Source of the DNA: a virus
Taxonomy: Duplodnaviria > Caudoviricetes
Virus record (IMG/VR): IMGVR_UViG_3300037424_001266
Span: 1 to 28,430 of that record
Strand: one strand, 5' to 3'
DNA length: 28,430 bases
Made by a program: the position numbers and the translations under genes. This document shows, one piece after another, positions 8,828 through 17,971 of the stretch. The notes under the pieces are model-generated. The model saw nothing but the letters and a program-made list of their open reading frames with translations. It was not told the origin of the DNA and ran no database searches. Position 1 is the first letter of the stretch, and every line of letters starts with the position of its first letter.

Positions 8828-9256
8828 TTACTCGGAGACGAAAGCCTCCTGGAACGAGCAAGCGACGGTGACCACGAGGGTCTGCGCGACCGTTCCCGCG
8901 GCGATCGCAAGGCGAAGGATATCGCCTCCAAGGACCGTGACGGTGGAATCCACTCCACCGGCAAGGACCGTGGCATCGGCATACGTCCCCAGGAAAGCGA
9001 GGGACCCGATGGTGACGTAGGCGCCCGTGCCGGCCAGGGACCGCTGAATCAGCCCCGTGACGCCGGCCGAGGCCACCGTCCCGCCCGTCACGATATACGC
9101 CGAGACGCTTTTCAGGATCCCGTTCCAGGTGGAGGGGACCTTGAAGATGCAACCGGCGATGCCCGCGATGGCGGCGTTCGTCCCGCCAAGGGTTACCCCG
9201 TGGCCGATCGGGAACAGGGTTTCGGGGCCGTAGGATGAATAGGATCTCTGTCCCAT
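8828..9256 (-). CDS. Putative capsid decoration protein
   Basis: 142 aa, Gly/Ala/Thr/Val-rich beta protein starting MGQRSYSS, immediately after the major capsid stop. Confidence 0.55.
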   Translation of the reverse strand: MGQRSYSSYGPETLFPIGHGVTLGGTNAAIAGIAGCIFKVPSTWNGILKSVSAYIVTGGTVASAGVTGLIQRSLAGTGAYVTIGSLAFLGTYADATVLAGGVDSTVTVLGGDILRLAIAAGTVAQTLVVTVACSFQEAFVSE

Positions 9257-9258
9257 GA

Positions 9259-10173
9259 TTAGGCCCCCCCATACTTGACGATCGAGTTGTCCGGATCCGA
9301 TGCCCAGAAGATCTTGAAGCCCAGGATTGCGTACCACGCGATCATCTTGTCGCGGCCCACATCCTTGACTTCATAGCGGATCTCCTCGGGGATGACGATC
9401 GCTTCCACCACCGTATCGGCGCCGAAGATGTACGCTTCTCCCCAAGCCGCGGAGATTCCCTGGGCGTTGGAGAGGGCGTGGTTGGAACGGGAGAACCGAG
9501 TCTGGTAGTACGACCCGATCTCGCCGTTGACGGGGTACTTCGTGTACTGCCAGATCGCCTGGAGCTTGTCGTGCAAGCCCCTGGCCGCCTGGGTGGAGAG
9601 GATCCCGTGGTAGAACCCCCCCGAGAACTTCGCCGCTTTCATGGTCGCGTAGAGATAATCGACCATGTTTTTCGCGTGGAAGTCATCGAAGGACACGGAA
9701 CAGGTCTGGGTGGGAGTGCCGTCGGTGTAGATGTTGTACGCGGTTGCCGAGGATCCGACGTAGACGATCTTCGTCGAGGCGAATTCGGCTTCCACGGTGG
9801 TATCCATCACTTCCACCATGTCGTTCTTGATGATGCGGTTGATCTTCTGGCTCTCGTCGAACTGCGACAGGGCTTCGAGCTTCCCCGTGTACCCGTGCCC
9901 GTTGCCGTATTCCGTCACGGACAACGTGCCCTTGTACGGGGTGTGGGACCGTCTCGGCATCGTTGCGGTTTCCACGAGCGTCCCGCCGGCCGTGCTGATG
10001 TTGCCCCACTTGTCGAAGTTTACCGTGTCGCCTTTGCTCTTGCCGAATTCCTCCTGCACGTCGGCGTACTGACGGAACACCATCTCCGCTTGCGCCGCGT
10101 GGCGGGTGGTACGGCTGAGTTTGGGGTTGGCCAGGTAGGATCCCTGGCTCACCCAGTTGGATGATACTGCCAT
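9259..10173 (-). CDS. Major capsid protein (N4-gp56-like, HK97 fold)
   Basis: VFRQYADV..GKSKGDTVNFDKWGNI..TLVE..LSVTEYGNG..GEIGSY..DVGRDKMIAWYAILGF. Follows portal and scaffold. Confidence 0.85.
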   Translation of the reverse strand: MAVSSNWVSQGSYLANPKLSRTTRHAAQAEMVFRQYADVQEEFGKSKGDTVNFDKWGNISTAGGTLVETATMPRRSHTPYKGTLSVTEYGNGHGYTGKLEALSQFDESQKINRIIKNDMVEVMDTTVEAEFASTKIVYVGSSATAYNIYTDGTPTQTCSVSFDDFHAKNMVDYLYATMKAAKFSGGFYHGILSTQAARGLHDKLQAIWQYTKYPVNGEIGSYYQTRFSRSNHALSNAQGISAAWGEAYIFGADTVVEAIVIPEEIRYEVKDVGRDKMIAWYAILGFKIFWASDPDNSIVKYGGA

Positions 10174-10203
10174 GATGGTTCTGTTTGGCCTCCTTGAAGG
10201 TCG

Positions 10204-11142
10204 TTAGAGGGTTGGCCGAAGGACGCGATTCCGCTGAGCGTTCCGATGCGCGACTTCCGCGGACGGATCATCTCCCGGATCTTCGACTTCACCCGTTCCC
10301 GGCGCCCCGCCTGTACCCGGCAGGGTCCCGGCGCCGATATTCTCACGCTTGGTGTTGATTCGCGCCGCAATCGCCTTCTCCCGTTCCGCGTCCTTGGTCC
10401 GGAAGTGAGTCGCTACGGCGTCCCCGATTTTTGCGAGTTGATCGAGTTCGGACAGGCCCGCGATTTCCGGGCCCAGGCGTTCGGCCTCCTTGAGAAACAC
10501 GCCGTATGCCTCTCCTGAATGAGCATACGGAAGGACGTGGGAGTTGTTCTTGTAGTAATCCTCAAGAAACTTCTCCCGCGTCGGTGCGTCCAACGTGGAC
10601 GGTGAATCGCTCGGCTGTTCGGCCGGGGGCGGGGCGGTCTTGAGGGCTTCGAGATCCCGCTTCGTCACCGGCTTGTCGAGGTCGGCTTCTACTTCCGTCT
10701 TGTCGTGTTCCTCGAGCTTGTCGAGGTCGACGTACTTCCCCACCTTCGCAAGTTTCGCCTCGGCTTCGGCCTTTTCCCGCTTGAGCCGAGCGTTTTCCTG
10801 CGTCGAGGTGTGGAGGGCCGCCTGTGCGTCCCTCACTCGTTTCTCTGCTACGGGGTCCGGTGTCCCTTTGCCCTTGTCCGGATCCGGAGTCACGTCTCCC
10901 GCTTTCGCCGAATCCGGGCTTGCCGGGGGCTTTGCGGGATCCGCGGCGGGTGCCGGCGGGGCTTCTACGCCTTCGGTTCCGGAATTCGGGGCGGCATCGG
11001 CGTTATCGTAGATGCGCTCCCGAGCGGAAACGGACGGCAAAGGTGGTACTCCTGTTACGGGGGATTCGCCACCACCCCCCGCGCCACCGTCTGACCCTGG
11101 TTCTTCCAGGGTGAGTAGACGGTTTCTGAACATGAACTTCAT
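10204..11142 (-). CDS. Scaffolding protein
   Basis: 312 aa with an acidic/Pro-rich N-terminus and a coiled coil (EKRVRDAQAALHTSTQENARLKREK), directly upstream of the capsid gene; AAGGAGG RBS. Confidence 0.7.
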   Translation of the reverse strand: MKFMFRNRLLTLEEPGSDGGAGGGGESPVTGVPPLPSVSARERIYDNADAAPNSGTEGVEAPPAPAADPAKPPASPDSAKAGDVTPDPDKGKGTPDPVAEKRVRDAQAALHTSTQENARLKREKAEAEAKLAKVGKYVDLDKLEEHDKTEVEADLDKPVTKRDLEALKTAPPPAEQPSDSPSTLDAPTREKFLEDYYKNNSHVLPYAHSGEAYGVFLKEAERLGPEIAGLSELDQLAKIGDAVATHFRTKDAEREKAIAARINTKRENIGAGTLPGTGGAPGTGEVEDPGDDPSAEVAHRNAQRNRVLRPTL

Positions 11143-11154
11143 AGCGCCTCCTTC

Positions 11155-11448
11155 TTACTTTTTCTTCCCGGCCGGTAGTTTCTCCTGGCCGGAAGAGGTT
11201 GAGGGTTGCGAAAGTGAGAGGATGTAATCCTTCCCGATCTCGATCTCTTCGCTGATCGCCAGTTCCGGGCTCATGAGCCGGAAGGCCGATTTCCCGGCGA
11301 GTTCGAGGAATTTCCCCCGATCGAGCAGGGGATCGAACACCGGGACGAACGTGAGGACCGAAACCACGCACGGGGTCTTGTTCACGATCGCCACTTCCTG
11401 GCCGTTCTTGGTGCAGGTGACCTTTACTTTGATCTCGTTGACTAACAC
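11155..11448 (-). CDS. Hypothetical protein
   Basis: 97 aa, GTG start with purine-rich RBS, fills the gap in the operon. Confidence 0.55.
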   Translation of the reverse strand: MLVNEIKVKVTCTKNGQEVAIVNKTPCVVSVLTFVPVFDPLLDRGKFLELAGKSAFRLMSPELAISEEIEIGKDYILSLSQPSTSSGQEKLPAGKKK

Positions 11449-11460
11449 CTTCCCCCCTTT

Positions 11461-11760
11461 CTACTGCCCGAGTTCCGGAGATTGATCCTCCGGGAGATCA
11501 TCAGCCGTCATGTGCGCATCGGCCGCGGTAGCTATCAGGGAGTCGACGAACAGCTCCCACTCGTAGAGAGCCCCCACCGTAGCCGCCAGGACCGGATGGT
11601 TCTCGATGACCTGGTACTCCTTCTCCGTCAATTCCTTCTTCCGAAGGACGATGTACCCCTGGATATGCGTCTTGTAGATGTCCGATCGCAGAAATTCCTC
11701 GATCTCCTTCCCGCGTTGGATCCGGGCCTGTAGGGCAAGCTCTCTTTTTATCGTGTCCAT
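11461..11760 (-). CDS. Hypothetical helical protein downstream of portal
   Basis: 99 aa with GGGGGAG RBS. Small helical genes are typical at this position in podoviruses. Confidence 0.65.
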   Translation of the reverse strand: MDTIKRELALQARIQRGKEIEEFLRSDIYKTHIQGYIVLRKKELTEKEYQVIENHPVLAATVGALYEWELFVDSLIATAADAHMTADDLPEDQSPELGQ

Positions 11761-11770
11761 TCACTCCCCC

Positions 11771-13804
11771 TTATTGAACCGCGCCGCTGTGAATCCTCGA
11801 ACCGGCCGCCTTGAGAAGCTCCATCACCACGTTCGGATCCATCGGCGCGCCCTCTCCCGGAGGACCGGGCATCGGCGCCGCGGGCGGCACTCCTGGTGTA
11901 ACTGCGGGCCCGCCAGGTGGAGCTCCGGGCGTTACCCCAGGCCCCGGAGGAAGAGGCTGACCCGTTGCGGGGTCAATTCCCGGAGGGATGGGTTGACCCG
12001 TGACGGGATCCACGGTCCCCGGCGCCCCGGGGATGGCGGCCGGCATATCGAGGACGAGTTGATCCGGATTCGGCCAATCGAACGTATTGAAGAACCGCGT
12101 AAGGAATTCGTCCAGGTCGAGGCGTTGCAGGAGAGGCGGGATCTTGGCGAGGACTTCGATCGCCATGATGATATCCTGCCGATCCGCTTGCTTATCGAAG
12201 AAAGCCGAGAGCCCCCTCACCTTGATCGGGTACCGCTTGTTGAGGAAGGCGTACTTCTGAGCTTCCGGAAGATTCTCGATATCGAAGCCTTCCTGCCGGA
12301 AGATATCGTCCGTCTCGGGGTTCAGGAGCGGATCCATGAAGAATTGCACCGTCATATCCCGCGACACTTCCACGGACTCGATGACGCCGGATTTCTCGAT
12401 CGACGATGCGATGTTCTCGAAAGCCAGGGAGGAAGCCTCCGTCTTGCGGTTGACTTCCGTGGCCGTGACGTCTCGCCGGCCCTGCATCCCCTGGATGAAT
12501 TCCGTCCATCCGGTATAGTTCTGCACGGAGTTTTTCAGGAATTCGGCAAAGGAGAACCCCCCCTGCGGGATATCCCCTCCCTGCTGTTGATGAAACGCCT
12601 GTCCGAGGGGCCCCTTGGTCTTGAACATCTTCCCAGGGGTAAGCCCACCCTCGGCCTGTTGCGGATCCTTCAAGGCGTCGACGTTCACTTCGGACGGAGC
12701 CAGGAGTGCAAAGAGGGCCTTGTCCCCCATGATGTTTACGATGTTGTCCAGGGCGTTGATGATTGGACGGATGCCGTCGATCATGCCGGCGCCGATGCAT
12801 TGGAACAGGACCTTCAAGGGGTTGATGAACACATAGGGGTGTTTCCGTAGCCAGTACGGGGAGGGGGCGGGTTTCAGGAGCAGATACTTCTGGTTTGCAA
12901 CGATGAAGTACCCATCCTTTACGACGATTTTCCCCTTTTCATCGGTCACCGATCCCCAATAGGTGTGCAGGACCACTTCCCGGCGATACTTATTCTTCGG
13001 TTCCTTGATCTTGAGCATGAGAAGGCGCTGATTATCGGCTTCGGTGCGGGCGGCCGATCCGAAATCCTCTTTGACGAGGCGATTCAGTTCCTTTTTGTCC
13101 CAGGGGATCCCCTCCGCGTTTTCGATCAGGGTATGGAGTTGCGGCCTGGATTCCTCGATGATCCAGGAGCGATCGAGCGGGAAGTGAAGCAGGAGCGGAT
13201 TTACCACTTCGATCTTGAGCTTCGCCCGTTTCGTCGTTTCCTTGAGGAAATCGTGCTTCTGCACCACGGCCTTTCCGGTAGCGGGGTCGATCACCGGCTG
13301 TCCCGTGTTCGGATCCACAACGGGGATCGGGCCCCAGACTATCCGTGCATCCTCCACATTGACCGGGGAGAACCGTAGCGCGCCGATCATCACGGCCAGG
13401 GCAGACTCCACGCCTTCCTCGAATTTTTCGATGAATTCAGCCTCGTCCATATGGAAACGGACCTTCCGTGTGAACCCGCGGGCGAAGTTATCCATCATGT
13501 CCTTGATCGGCTGTCCGGTAACGGGATCCATCTTCTGCGGCGCGTCATCCTGCCGTTCCGGCGTGAATTCGAAGAACTTGTCGGACTTCATGAGGATCCG
13601 TTTCAGGAGCCCCGAGGCGCCCTTGATGGCCGGATAGACGGACGGAACGACGATCTTATGTTGCCAGTCCTTCTTCTTCGAGTAATCCCGGAAGGATCGG
13701 TAGCGGTCGTAGCACTCCATCTGCACCTTGCGGAACGGGCCGAAGGTATCCTCGGACTCCTTGAGACAGGCGTTCAGGAAGTTAACTACCTCTCGGTTCG
13801 TCAT
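11771..13804 (-). CDS. Portal protein
   Basis: 677 aa. Pattern YRS..K..WQ.KIVVP; DVTATEV; VRGLS; Pro/Gly-rich tail. Lies between terminase and scaffold. Confidence 0.85.
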   Translation of the reverse strand: MTNREVVNFLNACLKESEDTFGPFRKVQMECYDRYRSFRDYSKKKDWQHKIVVPSVYPAIKGASGLLKRILMKSDKFFEFTPERQDDAPQKMDPVTGQPIKDMMDNFARGFTRKVRFHMDEAEFIEKFEEGVESALAVMIGALRFSPVNVEDARIVWGPIPVVDPNTGQPVIDPATGKAVVQKHDFLKETTKRAKLKIEVVNPLLLHFPLDRSWIIEESRPQLHTLIENAEGIPWDKKELNRLVKEDFGSAARTEADNQRLLMLKIKEPKNKYRREVVLHTYWGSVTDEKGKIVVKDGYFIVANQKYLLLKPAPSPYWLRKHPYVFINPLKVLFQCIGAGMIDGIRPIINALDNIVNIMGDKALFALLAPSEVNVDALKDPQQAEGGLTPGKMFKTKGPLGQAFHQQQGGDIPQGGFSFAEFLKNSVQNYTGWTEFIQGMQGRRDVTATEVNRKTEASSLAFENIASSIEKSGVIESVEVSRDMTVQFFMDPLLNPETDDIFRQEGFDIENLPEAQKYAFLNKRYPIKVRGLSAFFDKQADRQDIIMAIEVLAKIPPLLQRLDLDEFLTRFFNTFDWPNPDQLVLDMPAAIPGAPGTVDPVTGQPIPPGIDPATGQPLPPGPGVTPGAPPGGPAVTPGVPPAAPMPGPPGEGAPMDPNVVMELLKAAGSRIHSGAVQ
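11898..11935. repeat. GTAAC-N28-GTTAC element #3 (portal 3' tail)
   Basis: GGT GTAAC TGCGGGCCCGCCAGGTGGAGCTCCGGGC GTTAC CCC. Confidence 0.9.
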
Positions 13805-14178
13805 CCTCGGGACCCTCCATAAGATCTCGGAACCTGGAAGATCTCCATCTCCGGCTTCGTACCGCCGCGGCCGTCCTTTTCGTGATAAAACCGCTTCAAG
13901 ACTGAGGACGTGAGGCGCAAGGTACGTTTCACCCGTGGATCCTCTATGTCGATCGCGCCGCCGACGCCGGCTTCCTTCACTGACCGCGGGACCTTATGGA
14001 CGCCCCCGCAATCCTGGCACTCGAAGATCTGCACGATCTGGTGAGAATGACGCCCATCGACGAAAGCCGTACCCTTGAATTCCATGAGGGTGTGCTCGCA
14101 ATCGAGGGGATCCTTCTGCCAGGGCGTTCCCAAGAGGGTCTGCTTCGGCTGACGTGCCAGGAATTCGGCCTTTTCCAT
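13801..14178 (-). CDS. Hypothetical Zn-ribbon protein
   Basis: 125 aa from ATG 14178 (AGGAG RBS): CEH...FECQDCG. Stop overlaps the portal ATG. The 459-aa track extension upstream is spurious. Confidence 0.65.
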   Translation of the reverse strand: MEKAEFLARQPKQTLLGTPWQKDPLDCEHTLMEFKGTAFVDGRHSHQIVQIFECQDCGGVHKVPRSVKEAGVGGAIDIEDPRVKRTLRLTSSVLKRFYHEKDGRGGTKPEMEIFQVPRSYGGSRG

Positions 14179-14189
14179 CGTCTCGCTCC

Positions 14190-15017
14190 TTACGCGCTCG
14201 GCGTCAGCGTCATCGCTGTACGCTCCGAGGAAGTATTGATCGTTGCGGCGACACGAGTGGCAGTCCCGGAGGGATCCTTGATCGTCGCCCCCGCCGCGGT
14301 AGTCACGCCGGCCAGGACGGCAAGGATGATCGAAATGGCCTGTTGCAGGGTGATTGTGCCCTCCGCTTCGACCACGGCCGCCTTGATGGCGTTGACGATC
14401 TCGGTGACGGCATCGGTCGCCAAAGAGGCCGCGTTGACCACAACCCCGTCCGTCCCGGTGTCCAAGAGGATGGCGGCCGTATCGTCCTTGATGGCGCCTA
14501 TCTCGGTATCGACGTACGCCGCGATCGTTACCAGATCGGCAGAGACAGACACACCCGCGGGGGCTCCCAGGCGGGCGAAGGCGTCTCCCGTCATGGCCGG
14601 CGCCGCGCTCCCCTTCCAGTTCACCACGTCGGCGTTGAGGTTCCCCGTGCCGAACATGGCATCCCACATCTGGGCCGAGATCACCATGAATTCGTGGAAC
14701 ACCGGGACGTGGTTCGCCGCGTCGGTGATCGTGAGGAAAAGGCGTCCGAGGAAGTTCACGTTCGCCGCGGTCAGTTCCAGTTGCATGAGCCCCGCGTCGT
14801 TGTTCGTGATGTAGTTGAGGTCGTTGTCCGTGGCCGAGGTCGCTCCGGTCACGTTGTCGAGGATGATCGTCGGGGCGTTCCCGTCGTCCGTGTCCTTGAT
14901 CGCGGTGATCCGCTCGTTGGTGATCGTGAGGGATCCCTCGATCGTCACCCCGTCCGTTTTGTCGTAGAAAGGGCCCACCGTGACGATTACGGCCGTGTTC
15001 GTTTTCAGAAACCTCAC
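14190..15017 (-). CDS. Putative virion structural protein
   Basis: GTG 15017 with GGAGG RBS, overlapping the upstream TGA. LKTNTAVIVTVGPFYDKTDGVT; Thr/Ala/Asp-rich. Confidence 0.65.
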   Translation of the reverse strand: MRFLKTNTAVIVTVGPFYDKTDGVTIEGSLTITNERITAIKDTDDGNAPTIILDNVTGATSATDNDLNYITNNDAGLMQLELTAANVNFLGRLFLTITDAANHVPVFHEFMVISAQMWDAMFGTGNLNADVVNWKGSAAPAMTGDAFARLGAPAGVSVSADLVTIAAYVDTEIGAIKDDTAAILLDTGTDGVVVNAASLATDAVTEIVNAIKAAVVEAEGTITLQQAISIILAVLAGVTTAAGATIKDPSGTATRVAATINTSSERTAMTLTPSA

Positions 15018-15676
15018 GCCGCCCACCTCCTGCGATATTGGGAGTTGACGATCGGAGCGGAAGAACCCCCCGCTTCTCCTGCGGGGGTAAGAAATATCCC
15101 AAGGCCCCCGACCATGACGAAAAACTGGTAGTCGAGAGTCTTGGCACCAGACGCTCCCGGGGAGACTTGGAGATCCGCACAGCAGTATTGCCCGTTGGAG
15201 TAATTGCGCTCAGTCAGGGACGTGGAAGTGAGGGTGGAGATGTTGTTCCCGGCCGTCATCTGAACGTAAGCCGCGCTGGCGCTCGTGGAAGTGATGGAAC
15301 CTGTGACAAAGGCCGCGTTCGTGGGTCCATACCCCGTGTAGGGCGTACCTTCCCACGGATCTCCGGTGGTAATGCACCCGGAAAACCGCTTCATAATTCC
15401 GGAACAGGAGTTACTGGTCGCCCTGGTCCAAGTGTATGACGCTCCCTCGCTCCCCCCGGCCCGGAGCCAATAGGAGTACCAGTACACGCCGCCCGTATTT
15501 ACCGTCGATCCTATTTGAACCCACCCCGCGGGTGGTGTTGGGGCTGTCGTATTGTTGATACAGAGAGTGCAAAGAAGAATATCGTTTTCGACCGTGTTGG
15601 CGGGTTTGGTGAAAACCATGTTCGTGCGAACACTATAATTTAATGTGCTCGCTTCTCCAACAAGACTAATCGACAT
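15014..15676 (-). CDS. Putative virion beta-sandwich protein
   Basis: 220 aa, Thr/Ser/Gly-rich (KPANTVENDILL..PTPPAGW..AGGSEGASYTWT), lower GC than flanks. Confidence 0.6.
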   Translation of the reverse strand: MSISLVGEASTLNYSVRTNMVFTKPANTVENDILLCTLCINNTTAPTPPAGWVQIGSTVNTGGVYWYSYWLRAGGSEGASYTWTRATSNSCSGIMKRFSGCITTGDPWEGTPYTGYGPTNAAFVTGSITSTSASAAYVQMTAGNNISTLTSTSLTERNYSNGQYCCADLQVSPGASGAKTLDYQFFVMVGGLGIFLTPAGEAGGSSAPIVNSQYRRRWAA

Positions 15677-15679
15677 GGG

Positions 15680-15874
15680 TTACTTCCCGCCCCTTTCGTC
15701 CCGCTTGGATTCTTCCAACATCTTGTTCATGTTCTTGTTGCCGGTGCGCATCGGCTTTTCCTCGGGCTTCTTGAATCCCGTGGACGAACGGCCGTCCTTT
15801 GGGGTCCGCTGATATCCAACCTTCTCCGTCGCTTTCGGTTCGATCATGCTTTTCATGTCATCGAGAATTCCCAT
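15680..15874 (-). CDS. Small basic hypothetical protein
   Basis: 64 aa MGILDDMK.. with AGGAGG RBS. Confidence 0.55.
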   Translation of the reverse strand: MGILDDMKSMIEPKATEKVGYQRTPKDGRSSTGFKKPEEKPMRTGNKNMNKMLEESKRDERGGK

Positions 15875-15887
15875 CGGTTCCTCCTGG

Positions 15888-16811
15888 TCAGGTAGCGTAG
15901 GATGACGAAATATCGGCAACCGGCCGCGGCCGGGGCCCCTGTTTCTTGATTTGGAAGATACGGGAAGCGACGTACTCGAGGGCGTTCATGATGTGCGAAT
16001 ACTCGTTCTTGTCGACCTCATCCGAGTAGATATCCTTCCCGATGACCTTCTTCCGGCGGTACCCGCCCGTAAAGGCGGTGATGATGAACCTCTCCCGCGG
16101 GTCGACCTGTAGGAAGTTGACGCCATCCTCTTCCGACCGTTGGAGGGCCATCTCCATCGCCTCGAAACGGCCCTGCCAGGTGACCTCGCCCGTCTGTACC
16201 GAGAGTCCGAACCCGCCGCCGTCCTTCAAAGGCACGTTCGGATCCCCGTTGAGAATGTCGAAGCACTTCCGTTCGTCGGTCTGGGACCGCTGATTGCCGG
16301 CCGGATCCGCGTAGTCGAGCCAGGTGTGCCCGGGATAGGCCAGGTTGCAGTAGTTGATGACCTCGGTTCCGAACCGGCTGATGCCCATAAATTGATCGTT
16401 CGGCACGAACAGGGAGGGAAAGACGTTCCAATGCGGCGCCGGCATGAAGATCCGTTGTGTGATGGCACAGGCAGGCGTACCGCCGAAGTCCCACCCGCGG
16501 ATCATGGGAATGTTCTTGACGGCACGGAGGGGAGTCGGGGCGACGTGGCGCTGTTCGTTGAACGTCTTGTAGATCGGCAACCCCTCGCGGATCGAGAAGT
16601 CGATCTCCTGCTCCTTGCGCCATATCTGATTCTCCATACCGCCGGCGAGGCCCTTCGTCATCGTATCTCGCCATGCCTTGCCGGCCGGCGTGGCGGGGTC
16701 CCTGGCAGGGAAAGCGGAGTAATGGAGACGGATGGAGCGGATACCCGATTCGGTGGTCCATTTCTGGATTCCCTTGAGGGGAGGCAGGAAGGATCCCGCC
16801 GCGTTGCTCAT
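15888..16811 (-). CDS. terL: Terminase large subunit, lid and nuclease (RNase H-like) half
   Basis: ATG 16811 (ATGA overlap, GGAGG RBS). LHYSA; WRKEQEIDF; IYKTFNEQRHV; IRGWDFG; YADPAGNQRSQTD; SHIMNALEY. Confidence 0.85.
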   Translation of the reverse strand: MSNAAGSFLPPLKGIQKWTTESGIRSIRLHYSAFPARDPATPAGKAWRDTMTKGLAGGMENQIWRKEQEIDFSIREGLPIYKTFNEQRHVAPTPLRAVKNIPMIRGWDFGGTPACAITQRIFMPAPHWNVFPSLFVPNDQFMGISRFGTEVINYCNLAYPGHTWLDYADPAGNQRSQTDERKCFDILNGDPNVPLKDGGGFGLSVQTGEVTWQGRFEAMEMALQRSEEDGVNFLQVDPRERFIITAFTGGYRRKKVIGKDIYSDEVDKNEYSHIMNALEYVASRIFQIKKQGPRPRPVADISSSYAT

Positions 16812-17122
16812 CCTCTTACCTCCGGAAGCTCGGTTTGAATCGAGGCGATCGCGGCGTCCAGGGCAGACACGGACTTGCGAAGGTAGTCGATAGAAACCCC
16901 GATGTAGGCTTCGGTCTGGGGGAACCTCACGGGAGGCGGGATGCCTGGATCGAGTCCCGCAAGGACGCCCAGGACCTCCTGACGGGCCTGGATGCAATCG
17001 CCCATGACTTCCTTCCAGGTGGACGGGGTAACCGCCGGCGCCGGCGCTGCGGCCTCGGGCGTTACCTCAGGGGTAACGGGATCCGGGACCTGGCCGGCGA
17101 TCGCCGTTACCTTACCAGACAA
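16808..17122 (-). CDS. Hypothetical protein between terminase halves; 5' end built from two GTAAC-N28-GTTAC elements
   Basis: 104 aa track ORF (TTG start, uncertain) with a helical C-terminal half. Stop overlaps the nuclease ATG. Confidence 0.55.
   Translation of the reverse strand: MSGKVTAIAGQVPDPVTPEVTPEAAAPAPAVTPSTWKEVMGDCIQARQEVLGVLAGLDPGIPPPVRFPQTEAYIGVSIDYLRKSVSALDAAIASIQTELPEVRG
17028..17065. repeat. GTAAC-N28-GTTAC element #4
   Basis: GGG GTAAC CGCCGGCGCCGGCGCTGCGGCCTCGGGC GTTAC CTC. Confidence 0.95.
17073..17110. repeat. GTAAC-N28-GTTAC element #5 (7 nt after #4)
   Basis: GGG GTAAC GGGATCCGGGACCTGGCCGGCGATCGCC GTTAC CTT. Confidence 0.95.
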
Positions 17123-17231
17123 TTTGAGCCACCGAGAGGAAGAAGATACCGGCGCCCACCAGGGGCCCGAACTGTATCCCGAGAAGGATGCATCCCACGG
17201 CCAAGAAGAGGAAACGGGCGTGGTCGCTCAT
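17112..17231 (-). CDS. 39-aa hydrophobic membrane peptide
   Basis: Manual translation MSDHARFLFLAVGCILLGIQFGPLVGAGIFFLSVAQIVW*. ATG overlaps the terminase ATPase TGA. Confidence 0.55.
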   Translation of the reverse strand: MSDHARFLFLAVGCILLGIQFGPLVGAGIFFLSVAQIVW

Positions 17232-17971
17232 GATGCGAAGGCGTAGGAGCTTGTCGGATCGGTCATGAATCCCCCCATTCGTCCGAACTCGGAAGGATCG
17301 GCCGAGGAAACGGCGACGATCTTCCGGCAGGAAGGTTTCGCGGCACGGAAAGCTTGAAGGAAGAACGGCTGAAAGGCCGCCTCATCGGAGAACAGCCCGG
17401 ATCCCGTGTAGGACCGGATGGTGTCCGAGCCCTGGGGGATGCCCCAGATCTTTGAACCGTTGGAGTAGTGTTTCTGCCCGTAGGACGGCTTCGGACCCTT
17501 GGGATCCTGCATCCACCAGGGAAGGCGGGACTCGATGAAGTCGATCCGGGCGCTCCCGGGCTCCTTGTTGAACACCAGATTCGCGGCGTCCTCTTCCTTC
17601 TTCGACTGGATGAAGAGAAGCTGACCGCCGTAGAAGCGAGCCCACCAACAGAAATACGCGCACATGAACCAGGTGACCATCAGTTGCCGGCTCTTGCCGA
17701 TGAATACGAGCGGGTTGTTGTGGACCTCGTAGAGGACGTCCAGAAGGGCAAGCTCTCGCGGGAAGGGCTTGATCGTCTCGATCATCGAGTATTCGTCCTT
17801 CGTCCAGACGTATTTGAGCGGGTGGAACAGCCAGTACGCGCAGGACCGCTTGCACTTCTCAAGCTCGATGACGCGCGAGGCGGGATCCTCGTCCAGACCG
17901 GCGCCGTAGTGGAACCATTGCTCGGCCGTCCAATCAGGATATAGCGCGTCGAACGGACCCTTGGCGGGCAC
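17228..17971 (-). CDS. terL: Terminase large subunit, ATPase half
   Basis: IKPFP (adenine motif); FIGKSRQLMVTW (Walker A); LFSDEAAF (Walker B); IVAVSSA (coupling motif). Ends about 20 aa later. Confidence 0.85.
   Translation of the reverse strand: MPAKGPFDALYPDWTAEQWFHYGAGLDEDPASRVIELEKCKRSCAYWLFHPLKYVWTKDEYSMIETIKPFPRELALLDVLYEVHNNPLVFIGKSRQLMVTWFMCAYFCWWARFYGGQLLFIQSKKEEDAANLVFNKEPGSARIDFIESRLPWWMQDPKGPKPSYGQKHYSNGSKIWGIPQGSDTIRSYTGSGLFSDEAAFQPFFLQAFRAAKPSCRKIVAVSSADPSEFGRMGGFMTDPTSSYAFAS

Noticed and set aside
13801-15180. 459-aa track ORF, and similarly extended ORFs 6579..7376, 15888..16997 and 26674..27510
   Set aside because: Upstream parts overlap real genes in another frame. Only the C-terminal portions with RBS or coupled starts were kept.
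16812-17227. Intron or intein explaining the split terminase
   Set aside because: There are in-frame stops (so not an intein), no recognisable group I/II features or homing endonuclease, and clean translationally coupled ORFs. Not formally excluded without RNA data.
972-17944. Long plus-strand ORFs opposite the late genes (e.g. 972..1781, 7461..8474, 11678..12850, 14154..15131)
   Set aside because: Antisense shadows of GC-rich coding genes: Arg/Pro-rich, no motifs, no RBS.
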